A stretch of 63,933 nucleotides of DNA, the filler included, from Eremomyces bilateralis CBS 781.70 (lineage: Eukaryota), in assembly GCA_010015585.1 (NCBI GenBank). It is 6 parts of 6 records of this genome, joined end to end, with 100 filler letters (N's around TTAATTAATTAA, not from the genome) between each part and the next. Parts side by side here need not be neighbours in the genome. Positions count along the whole stretch, not along the records: positions 48,926 to 58,859 come from ML975213.1; positions 58,960 to 63,933 come from ML975222.1; 4 more parts are not named here. One strand, given 5' to 3'. A model generated the notes under the pieces. The model worked only from the letters and a program-made list of their open reading frames with translations, did no database searches and was not told where the DNA came from. The translations under genes were made by a program, and so were the position numbers. Positions within the stretch are counted from its first letter, which is position 1. Each line of letters opens with the position of its first letter. Below, piece after piece: positions 48,926 to 61,541 of this stretch.

Positions 48926-51877
48926 CATCTGCTCCCTTATCTAAGAGCAGCGCGACAATCTCTTGATGGCCTCCTGATGAGGCGGCTTGGAGAGCGTTGC
49001 CGTAGAGGCCGCCCTGGGCACCTACATCTGCTCCCTTATCTAAGAGCAGCGCGATAATCTCTTGATGGCCTCGAGATGAGGCGGCTTGGAGAGCGTTGCC
49101 GTACTCGCCGCCCTGGGCATTGACATCTGCTCCCTTGCCGATAAGATCTCGCGCAGGCGCTACGAGCCCAGTGAAGCAAGCATAGTAGAGCTTGGAACCT
49201 CGTGGAGGACCTGGGTCATTATCCCAATGCTTATCAGCCTGATACAAGCGAGCCCATCGCTGGAACGTCACCTCCTCTTCTACGAACCTGACCGTCCCTC
49301 GAACTATATCTTCTGAAGCCTGAGCCAACGCAGCAAAGCCTGTCCAGACTTCCGCTGCAAATCTTGCCATCGGAAAATCCCGCTTGATCTTTTGGTTGCT
49401 ACCATTGATGTCCGTAAGATATGTCAAGCATGTCTTCGTGATGGAAATGCTGGCAGTCGAAATCTTGAACTGATTCTCCCCAAGAAGGTACTCTTTCACA
49501 GAAAAGTGGGCCAAATGCAGCTCTTTATCGGTGGCGTGAACGACTGTCGCTAAGCCGGGACAGTAGTCTAAAACAGCTGTCTCGCAAAATAGTCGACGAT
49601 TGATATCAAATCCTTGCGACCCGTTTTCAATCTGTGTTGCTACTACTTCTTTCGCCTCGACCAGCTTGAGAGGTTGCTTGGAGTGCACCAGGAATTGTAG
49701 GAGCCGTATCGCATCGTTTTTGAGATCTATCGGTATGCGTTCAATCATGCGTCGGTACGTTTCTTCTAGGTTCCGCGGCAAAGATGCAAGAGCTTTCGCC
49801 ATGTCCGCCGCGTGACGACATCGAGCTAGGCTGTCCAACTGACAGAACGCCCATCTAAACCTACGCAGAGCGTCAGCAAACCATCAGCATATTAATTGAA
49901 GCAATAATATCTTACATCCCGTCGGCTCCGTCGCCAACCTTCCTCCGAATCCTCTCAAGGAGATCCTGGGACAAGTGCTTGTTCCGAAATTCACGTCGTT
50001 GCGCAAGCTGTGCTGCGACGTACGATCGGATATCAGCGTTGACAGAGTGCTTGTCGAGTGCCAAGCTGTTTTCCTCGCCTATTAACGAGGGAATTTCGCT
50101 CAGGAACTCGGCTTCAGGCCGACCGGTACAAATCAGCTGGACGTGGCCCAGCTCTGGCCTGGAAACTACGTCCTGGGTCCAGAGGAGTAGTTCGCGCCTC
50201 GTTGTCGACTCGTCCAAGGCGTCTAGAACGATAGAGACCTTCGTCTGGACTGCGAGAAACTTGAATAAAACATCTGAGAGCGCCTTTGTCCCAATTTGGT
50301 CACGGCCATCCTGGTGTGCTTGGAATGAGGCGTCAAGAAGGCCTGCAGAGGCACTGCGGCCTCGGTAGAGTTGGAAAGCAAGCGACCGCAGCATGCCATC
50401 CACAGTCTGCTTTTTCGTGTCGCCAAAGTCAAAGAAGAAGTTGAGGATAAGACGGTCGTTTCCCTTCTCAAGATGATCCAATATAGTTGCGCTGAGAACC
50501 GTCTTTCCACATCCCGCGAGACTATACAACCACAAATGTCGACGCGACCCTGAGTGCCACTCCTGGAAGGCCGGGTTTTCTAGGAGCCACGTACCTGTCC
50601 CCTCATGGCGGAGCTCCCTCGCGTGGTTGGCGTTTGTAGACGGATCGGAGGGGCGAAGCCAGCGCTCGATCTTCTCGGTACGAAGGTCGGCCTGGATGGA
50701 ATCAGTGGCTATTTTCGCTATACCTATGGTCTGCTGCATACTATCGATTTTTTGTTCAACTAAGGCAGGTCAGAATGTGCTCGACGTGATATTATTACTC
50801 CGCCTTGTTTATTCGCCAGGCCAGGGCCCTGTCGGAGGATATGGATCACTAACCTGACTGAAGCATTTCTAGCGCTTTTTTGGTCTCTTGGACCTCCGCG
50901 ACCGGCACGTATGCCAGGAGCTCCTTAGTATACGCAGCGGCGGTGGCCGAGGCGTAACGTTGCCATCGATCGTTCTTGTGGGAATCGGCGTAGTCGCAGA
51001 TCCCTCGGATCACAAGACAGGGAAAGTGGTTCATCAGGCCGGCTGCTTCCATCTCAAAGCAGATGCAATCCTCGCCGACGTCGGCAACAATCCGATCGCG
51101 CGCAGCGGCGTCTTTGACCAGCGTGTTGCCGGATGCGATGGTCCCGTAGTGGATATCGGGGTCGGTGGTGTCTCGAGGATCGCGTTGAACGTCGCCAGCC
51201 GCGTCGCAGCCCCGACAGTCCGGCCCGGAGACGTGGCCACTAGAAGCTTTGAAGAGGCGGTCTTTGTGGAAGCCCTGGTGAGTATAGCCAGGACTTATCT
51301 TGGATCTCTTGCCCATCTTCGGGTATTTCTCTAACATCTGTTGAAGGAAGCAGCGAACTTTGGAGTCTTTCCGCTCGTGATCGGCCTGGATGCTGGCAAG
51401 CGCGTTGAGGAGGACCGTCGGAGGCCGTCCGAGGAAGCCTTTACGCTCACGCCTGTCACCAGGCTTTGCTTTGATCAAGTCGTACTGGCAGACGCCGCCT
51501 GTGGTCCCATCAGGCTGGCTCACGACAATGTCGCCTAGCCGGATATCGCGGTCATCGTCCGGTCGTGCGATGCCGCCGCCTATGCCGACCAGAAGACAAA
51601 CACGGATGGATGGCAGAGAGGCAAGCAGGCTCGAGGCCGTGGTCGCAGCCGAGGTGGTTCCATAGTCTCCGGCGGCAAGACCGACGATAACGATGTTGTG
51701 CTCTCCCATACGACCCCATGTATAACGGTTCGCGTCGATTTGGTGCCTAGCGAAGCCAGTTGGAGGCGCATGTTCTTCGTCGAACATCGCTTCTGCAGCG
51801 GCCCGCTCGATGGGAAGAGCTGCGATCCAGGCGACCGCATAGGAGTCGGGGCTGTCGAGAGAGTTGCGGGATGCCAT
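48926..51877 (-). CDS. Fungal NLR: PNP_UDP (nucleoside phosphorylase)-NACHT-ankyrin repeats, 3' truncated by the contig end
   Basis: Exons 51877-50854, 50759-49916 and 49860-48926. PNP motifs LLVGIGGG, FEMEAAG and IRGICDYADSHKN. NACHT Walker A SLAGCGKT, Walker B VLDALDE and ADGMFRWAFCQL. ANK repeats GADVNAQGGEYGNALQAAS. Confidence 0.93.
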
Positions 51878-52421
51878 GGTGTGGAGGGAAGCGCGCCAGG
51901 CCGGCAGATGGGCGGGTGGAATGACAGGTTATGCGGTTCGCCTAGGTCAGCGAAGAAGCTAGAGTTGAGTCGCCCTTGAAGGTCAAGGACGACCACAGCA
52001 GCGACAAAGAAAGGCTATTATAAGTTCTGGTCCAAGGCTGCGTTCGTTTTCCGGTCACTTCGCAGCTTGTTCTCCGCGACCGCAGCCTTGCGCTTTGCGA
52101 CCTGACCAGATCGCGTGCAGTCACATTTTAACGCAGTCCTCTAATATGGCGCCGAACCACAGGACGAAACTAACTCTCGATCATACATTCAGTAACGGAT
52201 ATCGAGGACTGCTGGAATTTCCCGTATCAAATCGATCCGCATCAAAGTCAACCTCTGCAAACTCTACTTTGATCCTACACACCTTTTTAGCCTTAGCCCC
52301 CACCGGTGCGGAAACTAGAAACCAAAGCCGAGCAGCACATTAAAAGAAACTTTTCGTAGCGCGGCTACAGTAAGAGGCGTTCTCAGCAAGTCCAAGTAAC
52401 GACAGCGTTCCCGTTGTGACT

Positions 52422-52439
52422 ACAGTTCGGCTGACCTCG
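52422..52439 (+). repeat. Probable pogo/Tc1-type TIR split by the Copia insertion (continues 58133-58170)
   Basis: TACAGTTCGGCTGACCTCG | AAAAAGGTTCGGCTGACCTCACGTGACC: a TA-preceded terminus with an internal direct repeat. Confidence 0.5.
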
Positions 52440-55400
52440 TGTCACAGAATATCTGTGTTTTATTGACGTATCATTGGCGTATCGTTGGCGTATCACCACT
52501 GTCTCATCTCATATTCGATTCTATGCCTTCTGTTTCCTTTATCGGGGAAAGGATCATCATAAAAAACCACATAAATAGCTGCAGGAACAGCCTGTTTTCG
52601 TAGGATGGGGGCGAAGAGAGGATCAAGTTAAATCTATCTATTGCTCTTTTGGAATCTAACGGGGTTTTCCACCGTGTCGCTGCATTAATCACCGGATTGA
52701 GCGAAACCGCTATTTATCTCACAGTTATGAGCCCAATTATCGCTTAAAGCACCATAGACGACATCAACAGATAGTTCTATCGTGTCTTTCCCACTTGTTC
52801 TCTCAAATTATACCGACGTTCGCTTATTTGAAAGTCTATCGTTTCATCTGCAATGTCTACCTCTGCAAACGACCTCGCAGTGATCGTCAAGGCTGCTCCA
52901 CCTCTCAAATCCCCAGCGGATTGGCGTGACTGGTACAACTTCATCAAGTCCCACGGAAATCGAGTAAGAGTATGGAAGTACATCGACCCTACGACCGAGG
53001 AAGATCCCGAGGAACCCCAGACATACAGCAAGGAGGAATACAACAAATTGACGGAGTACGACAGAGACCAGATCACTCAATCGAGAAAGCTCGAGGAGAA
53101 TGTTCACAAAGCGAAAGTCAGGATAGGAGATATCATCTTCGCAATCGTACCTGAGGAAGCGAGGCGTGGTTTCTCTATCAACGATACACCACGTCAAATG
53201 CTCTCCTACCTCAAGTCTCGATATGGACCTGACGAAAACCAGTACGAGGAACTGGTGGAAACTGCCTGGGAACGCCTTCGCGTTCGTCCAAAGAGGATGA
53301 AGCTACAAGACTGGATCCTCGAATGGAAACACTTCAAGGAATACGCAGAAGAGCTAGGGCAGAAAACCACCTATACTGATCTGAAGCTTATCAGAGAACT
53401 CATCAAGATCTGTAGACGTGAAGATCTTGACCGATTTTCAACTCGATCTGAGGATGCTATATGGGTTGCAAGGGAACCAGGAGGTAATCCTGCACATCTC
53501 AAACTGAATCATCACATCGAGCTCTTTCTAAAGACGTACCCCATGGAGATACCGAAGCCTACCAAAGGGGCACTTTTCGCAACTCTCCAAGGAGAGACTC
53601 CAGAGCAGACGTCTCAACCATCACAGATGCCCCCTGCAGCGGCATCACCGTCGTCGACTCCCGTCCCCCCTCAATAAGAGAAACGAGAGAAGACTCTCCC
53701 AGCCTATGTGTGTGGGGAGAAACACCTGTACAGGCGTTGCCCGTACTTCAACCGAAATCTTAGACCTTCAGGTTGGAAACCGAAGTCTGAGATCAAAAAC
53801 CAGATTATATCTCACTTGAAGGCTAATCCAGCGGCCGACAAGACTCTACGGAAGGTCCTTAAACGAGAAGGAATCAGCCTTCCTGATTGGTTCCCGGCGG
53901 AATCATCCTCTACCACATCTACAACTTCGGAATCGCGTGAGGATGGTTCCTCACACGCGTTCGCTACGCGAGTGATGGAAGAATCTCAGGCGTTCGCCAC
54001 ACAGGCGTTCTCCGCAGTTGAACATACAGAGACCAACGAAGGAAGGCCATATAACCAGAGTTTCTATATGGACAACATGGCTTCTCACCACATATGTGCA
54101 GACATTACACGTTTCACGAACTACGTGTCTACAGATGGTACAATGAAGACCGGAGACTCGTACTCATCCTATGTGGGCACAGGAGACGTCAAGATCCCTG
54201 TGGTAGGAAAGCACGGGAAACAGACATTCATCACTATCCTAAACGTCCACCATATTCCGGGTTTCCACATCAATATCGTTTCAGCCAGGATGTTCCGAAG
54301 GAAAGGCTATGTACTTGATGAGTATTCCCAGGCAATCCGCAAGCTTGACGATAGGTCTCTCCTTTGCCATATGTATCTTCGCGATGAGTATTGGACCTTC
54401 ACGAGCGACGTATTGGTCCCTGTACAAAAGGGAATCACATTCGCGACACGATCGTCTCAAATCTCTATCTCAACAGCTCCTGAGGAGGTGTGGCACCGTC
54501 GGATGGGACACATTGGCACAGACAGCGTGCGAAATCTGGTAGGATCTGTACACGGTGTGTCAGTTGCCACAAACCTTCCATCGCATCCAGGCTCACGGAG
54601 TCTATGCGAAACATGTACGGTCTCTCAGATGAAAAAACAAATCTCAAGAGTTCCGCAGTATCGCGGTACTCGCCCGTTTGAAAAGATCCACGGAGACCTC
54701 ATCGCCTTTAATACAGGACTCTCAGATGAGACATGGGTGCTTCATTTCTACTGTGGATTCTCACGCTTTCATTTTGTCTATCCCATTCCAAATCGACGCA
54801 AGGAGACCATCTCACGATGACTCACTAAGACCCTTAACACTATAAGGACCATGGGCTATACCGTCCAGTTTCTTCGCTTTGATAATGAAGCTGCGATCGA
54901 GTCTGACCAAGTTATCACTATCATCGAGGACCACGGAATTACCCTAGAACTGTCTGCGCCGAAAACTCCAGCACAGAACGGGCCAGCGGAAAGATCAGGA
55001 GGTATACTTATTACCGACGCACGCAAAATCTGCGTAGACTCTCGTCTACCAGAAAAGCTGTGGCCCTATTTCGTGAAACACGCAGGATATCTCCTGAATA
55101 GGACTCCTGTGCAATTCCTTCAGTGGAAGACCCCGTACGAAGCTGTATTTGGTAGGAAACCAAATCTCTCACATCTCAGGATGATAGGATCAAAGGCCTA
55201 CGTCCTAAAGACAGATATCGCAAAGAAGGACAAGATGGAACCACGAGCCTCAATTGGTTTCCTTCTTGGGTATGAAGCTACAAACATCTTCAAGGTCTGG
55301 ATTCCAGGCGTTGAGAGGGTAATCACATCGCGAGATGTCCGTATCGACGAGACTATCCGGTACGATCCAACAATTGATGGGAACTCTACCCTCACCCCTC

Positions 55401-58132
55401 ACGATCGGTCTGCGCTCCAGGCATACCTTGATGATGTTGAAATCAACACACGCGCTTATATCGACGCTTTCGAAAATACCCCGGTGGTGGGTAATCACCA
55501 ACCACCCGCTCTCTCAGACCCAGGACTGTCTAAGCCTGCGGGAGAAATCGCGCCCGACACACGGATAGACAAGCCAACTGCAGATTCCCGCGGATCTCCT
55601 TCTCATCTTCCTACCCCCTCATCATCGAGGAACCCAACACCTGCTCTACCTTCTCCCAATCTTGCCTTATCTGGGAGGAATGAGGACCATTCTGGCGAAC
55701 CAGACGTTCCACCGGACACTCTCATCGCAAGCCAACAGTCGGTGGAAGGGCCCACCTTACAAGTCGGTGGCCTAGACATCACCAGTACGACGGACGCGGA
55801 TGAGACCAGAGGAGGTGGTACGCGCGATGATCATACAGGGTCTACCAGACGATCCTCATCGACACCCTCAGCCATCGAAACAACTATACCGGCCCTCCAA
55901 GAGGAAGAGGAAGAGGAAGAAGAGAGGCAAATTCATGAGCAGATCGCTTCAGATATTGCCTCCCCCGCAGGAGCCTATCAAGAGAACAGACAAAGGAAGA
56001 GTGCTCGCGAGAAACGCCCATCTCAAAAGGCTAGGGACGCGATGGAGACAAAGGCCTTTAAGACCCAGACCAGACATGCCTCACGCAAACAGGCGCATCT
56101 CACGATGATGCTCAATGCGACCCAATTGGCCCCATTGCTCCATGCGTTCGCAACCACACGTACGGATCGCATTCACCGGGATAATCTTCCTCCTCCGCCA
56201 AAACATTGGGGAGAAGTCCTATCACGCCCAGACTCGCACCACTGGATCCAAGCATCGAAAGGAGAAGTCACTGTTGTGATAAGAAACGGCACGTTTGAAC
56301 TCGTACCCATACCAAAGAACGATCCTGTGATTCCTCTCAAATGGGTCTTTACGTACAAGTTTGATGCCGACGGATATCTCATCAGGTACAAGGCGCGAAT
56401 CTGCGTACGAGGAGATCTCCAGGAAATTCACGACCGGGACGCACTGTACGCTGCGACAGGCGCATACACCACCTTCCGAATCCTGATGGCCCTCATCGCG
56501 GCCTTCGATCTGGAAGCAGAAGGTATCGACGCGGTAAACGCATTTACCAACTCAATCCTCAAAACGAGAGTATATGTGGGTATTCCACCTGGATTCGCAC
56601 AGCCTGGATATGCGTATCTCCTACGACGTGCCTTGTACGGACTTGCGGAGTCTCCAAAGCTTTGGATGGAAATCGTCAAGTCCCTCATGAAAGAGCTTGG
56701 GATGGTGCCCTGTGGGGATGATCCATGCCTCTTTATATCGGAAGATCCCTCCAAACCACTCATCGTCTTTGTCTATGTCGATGATTTCCTTATCATCGCC
56801 TCGCGGAAGCACAAAGTTCTTATCTCTCACTTTAAGGAAAAGTTCATGGAGAAGTATGAGGCACGGGACCTAGGACCTGTGACGCAATTCCTTAACATGC
56901 GAATCGTACGCGATCGCGAAAACCGCAAGATATGGGTATCTCAGGATGCCTATATTAGCAAGATCGCTACACGGTTTAATCTTCTCGATCATCAGCGTCA
57001 TCCTCTTACTCCCCTCTCCACATCGTTCGATGAACATGAGCCAAATCCCAACGCAACGAAGGAACAGGTCACGGGATACCAGCAGCGCATAGGATCGCTC
57101 ATCTATGCTGCGGTAGTTTCACGCCCAGACATCTCCCACGCGGTGAGTCGTCTGAGCGAGTTCAATACACGACCTAGTCCTGAGCACCGACGAGAGGCTG
57201 ATCGCTGTATCTCCTACCTATACGGAACTCGTTTCCATGCGATTGAGTACTCTTTCGACTCTTTTGACTCTAACCTATCGGTGTCTGCACGACCTTTCCG
57301 GTCCTATACAGATGCATCTTTCGCAGACGACCGCACCACAAGGAAATCGTCTCAAGGATATCTCATCTCACTTTTTGGCGGCCCTATTGCTTGGCAGGCA
57401 TCCAAGCAAAAGAGTATCACTACCTCTACCACCGAAGCGGAACTCCTCGCCCTCTCTTATACATCTAAGGAGGTGATAAGGATGATGCGCCTTTTCCGCG
57501 ATCTTCGATTCGATCCGGAGTGTCCTATCGTCGTTGAATGCGACAACGATCAAACTGTCGGTATCATCACCAAATCCATGCCCATTCTCACCACCAAACT
57601 GCGCCACGTGGACATTCATCAGTTTTGGTTGCGTCAGGAGGTGGAACGGAAGAACATATGCGTGGAATGGATTCCGTCAAACGAACAGGTGGCTGATGGT
57701 CTCACGAAGATTCTCTCTACCGCGAAGCACCGTGTTTTCTTTAACCAGATAGGTCTGCAGGACATCTACGCACTTGTTGGAGGATCAAAGGGATTGTGAG
57801 ATCTATACAATCCAGACATCCCCTTCAACGGTGATATCTGAGGAGGTGTGTCACAGAATATCTGTGTTTTATTGACGTATCATTGGCGTATCGTTGGCGT
57901 ATCACCACTGTCTCATCTCATATTCGATTCTATGCCTTCTGTTTCCTTTATCGGGGAAAGGATCATCATAAAAAACCACATAAATAGCTGCAGGAACAGC
58001 CTGTTTTCGTAGGATGGGGGCGAAGAGAGGATCAAGTTAAATCTATCTATTGCTCTTTTGGAATCTAACGGGGTTTTCCACCGTGTCGCTGCATTAATCA
58101 CCGGATTGAGCGAAACCGCTATTTATCTCACA
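52440..58132 (+). mobile_element. Young full-length Ty1/Copia retrotransposon
   Basis: 284-bp LTRs at 52440-52723 and 57849-58132, apparently identical. TSD CCTCG on both sides. GTTATGAGCCC follows the 5' LTR and the PPT GAGGAGGTG precedes the 3' LTR. Confidence 0.97.
52853..57799 (+). pseudogene. Copia gag-pol in a single frame with two in-frame stops (TAA 53675-53677, TGA 54818-54820)
   Basis: The three ORFs share one frame. CVCGEKHLYRRC knuckle, protease MDNMASHH, WHRRMGH, rve (QNGPAER), RT YVDD and RNase H YTDASFA. Confidence 0.9.
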
Positions 58133-58329
58133 CCTCGAAAAAGGTTCGGCTGACCTCACGTGACCCATTTCATCACCTAGAAAGTTCATCTAACCAAATT
58201 CGGAGGTCAGTTGAGCTTCATCAACAAATCCTATACTAAGATTTAATATATCACTATTATTAGCTCCTTCGACTGAAGTTTAAAGCGTATCTCGATGTCT
58301 TATCCAATTTATGAGTCAAAGTATATATT

Positions 58330-58859
58330 CTACTGACGTCGCTGTCTCTTGTGCGGGCTAAGTCCTTTCTAAGCATTTGAAGCCCTCTCTGCTGCAGCCC
58401 TCTTCGGACGCTGTCTGCGCACATCCTAAGACCTAGAAATAAAATTTTGAGCACCGACTTGTGTAAATCTTTCGGCGTAGAAATCATTCATATCTCCAAA
58501 GTAATAATTCCATGCCATTGTTGGAGTGCAGGAAGTATATACTCCCCTTGTAGCGAGAGCCATATTCCGTGCTTCTATCAGTTCTATCGGGTCATTTTCC
58601 TGCCCCGTCTCTGCCAAAAAATTGGTCACTGTGCTAAGGTTACTGCAGTTATACAGAAGAGGCTGATGCCGTCGACGCTCGATGTCAGTAAAGAACTCTT
58701 CTAACGTCGGAGGTTGCCAAGCAGTCTGTAGAGGGGATCGAGCCATAGGAATAGGCACAGTAATAGAGACTGGTAAAGACGAATAAGATAGAATAGGGGA
58801 AGATATAGGGGCAGGTGTAGGGGTCAACATAGACAGGTTATCTAGTGACGTCTTAATCG
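58330..58859 (-). pseudogene. Probable MULE transposase C-terminal fragment with RIP stops
   Basis: WQPPTLEEF...MAWNYYFGD...RPKRAAAERASNA*KGLSPHKRQRRQ. The same tail sits next to a MULE TIR at 37541-37640, where the stop is TGG. Confidence 0.5.
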
Positions 58860-58959
58860 NNNNNNNNNNNNNNNNNNNNNNNNNNNNNNNNNNNNNNNNN
58901 NNNTTAATTAATTAANNNNNNNNNNNNNNNNNNNNNNNNNNNNNNNNNNNNNNNNNNNN

Positions 58960-59718
58960 GAAATATTCTCGCCCATAGACCTCAAGCTCAAGTTCGCCGC
59001 GGATCGGGTGGGTCTTAAAGATAGGCCGGATACCTGTATTCTGGTTATAGACCCGACGTACAATATGCTCGTTTAGAGAGAGGCTGTCTGTTAGGCGCTC
59101 AATCAATTCTTCGGGTACAACGTCGATAGTATTATCTAGCATAATGAATTCGCGGGAGTGAGGAGGCGGGTCGAGAGTAAGATTTTAGTACGTTGGGCGA
59201 GAGAGGAACTGGTTTATTAGCTGAAACCGCTGGACCTTGAGGACAATCGAACCCTCTGGGCTACTATGCTCGCGATATGTGCGGAAATCCCTTCCAAAAG
59301 CCACGATTTGGCTAAGATGCGGCTTTTGCGTCATCGTCTGACAGAGACACTGTGTATCGTTGCATTTGAAACGGACGAGATCCGAAGGAAAAACTGGCTC
59401 GGTCGTATTTGGATAGTAGGCGTACTGGCCAGAAGAGCAACGGATTGACGACGCCCAGGCAATAGATTCCCAGAGCTCTTTAGGCGAGTCGACGAACCTA
59501 GCCATCCCAAAGAACATATTTAAGCGTAGCTCGGTGTACAAGATTGTCCTAAAGAGCTCGAACGGGTTAAAGAAGTAGAGGTTCTCTGCTTGCGTTCGTA
59601 AACCGGCCTTAGCCTCCCCACGGCGGCCACTCGGGAGCTTGTTAGCACTGAGGGTAATTAGTTTAGAGCGGATTTCGAGGAGGGGCAGTTGTTCGTTCAC
59701 TTGTTTCTTTATAGTATC
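58960..59718 (-). pseudogene. Fragment of a probable DNA-transposon protein (Plavaka/CACTA-like)
   Basis: LYFFNP...ELWESIAWASSIRCSSGQYAYY...VFPSD...HPIRGELELEVYGRE. Family assignment is from memory. Cut by an LTR and by the contig end. Confidence 0.4.
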
Positions 59719-59906
59719 TGTCAAGGGCCCAAACCACGAAGGATTTGGTAAGCTGGTAACGCTGTTGAATTGCTAAAGAGAGAAGGAGAAGATCTCTCTC
59801 ACTGCGATCTGCTATTTACATCTGTGGGCAAACGGTCTACCCATCCCTTCTGCCTTAGGCCGCAAGGCCACAACACACAGACTGGGCAAAGCCCAAGACT
59901 GTCACA
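59719..59906 (-). repeat. LTR family C, solo copy without a matching TSD
   Basis: Reverse complement of 28145-28332. Flanks are GTATC and CTTGC. Confidence 0.85.
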
Positions 59907-61354
59907 CTTGCCTGCATTTGTGCGGATGGATCGTGGCTACCGCCTGGATTGATTTACCAGGCCGTTTCAGGCAATCTCCAGGACTCTTGGCTACAGGATT
60001 TCGACGCGCAGAAACACGCCGCCTTTTTTGCATCATCACCAACCGGGTGGACCAACGACGAATTAGGGTATAACTGGTTGACGAACGTGTTCGATCGGTA
60101 TACCAAGGCAAAGGCGCGGCGGCGGTATCGGCTCCTGGTGATTGACGGGCATGGGAGCCATATTAATATGAGATTTTTGGATTGGTGCCACGAAAACAAA
60201 GATCTTGGTGTGTTGTTACCCGCCTCACACGACCCATCGCCTACAGCCTCTTGATGTTAGCCTTTTTAGTCCCCTTGCGGTGTACTACGGCCAGGAACTC
60301 AACCAACACATCTCTAAAAGCCAAGGACTCTGTTCTATCACGAAACGAGACTTTTTTCGCTTATTTTGGGTCGCGTGGGGCAAGGCCTTCATCGAGGAAA
60401 ACATCTTAAGTGGTTGGCGGAAGACTGGACTGAATCCACTGGATAGATCGATCGATCTCGAGGCGCTAGGGATGAGTGAAGAACCGCGCCGACCGGGCTC
60501 TAATTCTTCGTCAGGGCATTCTCACTTATCCTCTACGGATTGGAGACATGTGAAACAGGTCGTACGTGAGGCGGTTGGTGATGTAGTAAGCGCGGAGACC
60601 AAAAAATTATACTCCGCGGTCGCACAACTTTCAACCGATATGGTTCTCCTTCGGGCAGAGAATCAGGGCCTACGGCAGGCTATTGTCAACGAGAAAAAGA
60701 AGCGTACGCGGGCTAGACCGGTTTTTGACGACCTTCGTGCTGAAAACGATGGTATTAAGGCCCAATTCTTTAGTCCCTCGAAGATTCAGCGAGCTCGCGA
60801 CCTCCAGATACAAAAAGAGCAGGAGAAATCCGATCTACAAGCCCAAAAACAGGAGGAAAGGCTAGAAAGGACACGGCGAAAAGAAGAGAAAGAAAGATTG
60901 CTAATGGAAAGGAGGATCCAACGCCTAGAGGCACGCACTTTGCGCGAGCAGGAAAAGGCACGTATAGTGACGGAGAAAGAGGCATCGTGACAGGCACGAC
61001 TAGCGAATCAACAACTACGAAAGGAGTCAAAAATCCGTCAAACTACTAAGAAAACCCATATACAAGCCTCTTTACACCAAAGTCTAGAGCCCCAAGACCC
61101 CCAAATCACGAAAGAAGTGGTGCAGGAGGTGGTGGAAGAAGGCGGGCACCAGGCGCGCCCACAGCGTGTTCGACGCCTCCCCAAACACCTACAAGACTGC
61201 GAAATTACGCCAAAATGATCTCCTAGTTACATAGACCTTAATACTAATTTTTTTTTATATATATCTTATTTAAATGGGTGCGAATAGCCTCAAATACGGA
61301 CCGTGATGTCGCTTTGAGAATCGTGCACGAGGTGGGACCGTGCACGCCACCGGG
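59907..61354 (+). mobile_element. 5'-truncated pogo/Fot1 transposon with a frameshifted transposase and a 3' terminus
   Basis: SPTGWTND, LLVIDGHGSH, frameshift near 60195-60205, YPPHTTHRLQPLDV and a coiled-coil tail. Repeated GTGCACG motif at 61323-61346. Confidence 0.85.
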
Positions 61355-61541
61355 AAGACCTCTATATCAGAGAAGCAAACAAACATGGTAACACAGCAGT
61401 AGGGCATTGGAGAGGAGAGTCGCTATCTCGCGCACAAAGGTGCCGGGAGATTTCTTCTCCCTCTCTCTTCAGTTTAGATTAATGGAACTTGGTAATCGCA
61501 GACCTTGCGCATCCAGACCGTGTCACCTCGAGCCTATAACA

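Noticed and set aside
14869..58959. Recurrent N...TTAATTAATTAA...N blocks, and apparent clustering of NLR, H3, GH27 and ANK genes as one large island or Starship
   Set aside because: The spacers are artificial joins between contigs sorted by size (12987, 10482, 10188, 9934 bp), so linkage across them is not real. No DUF3435 captain recombinase was seen.
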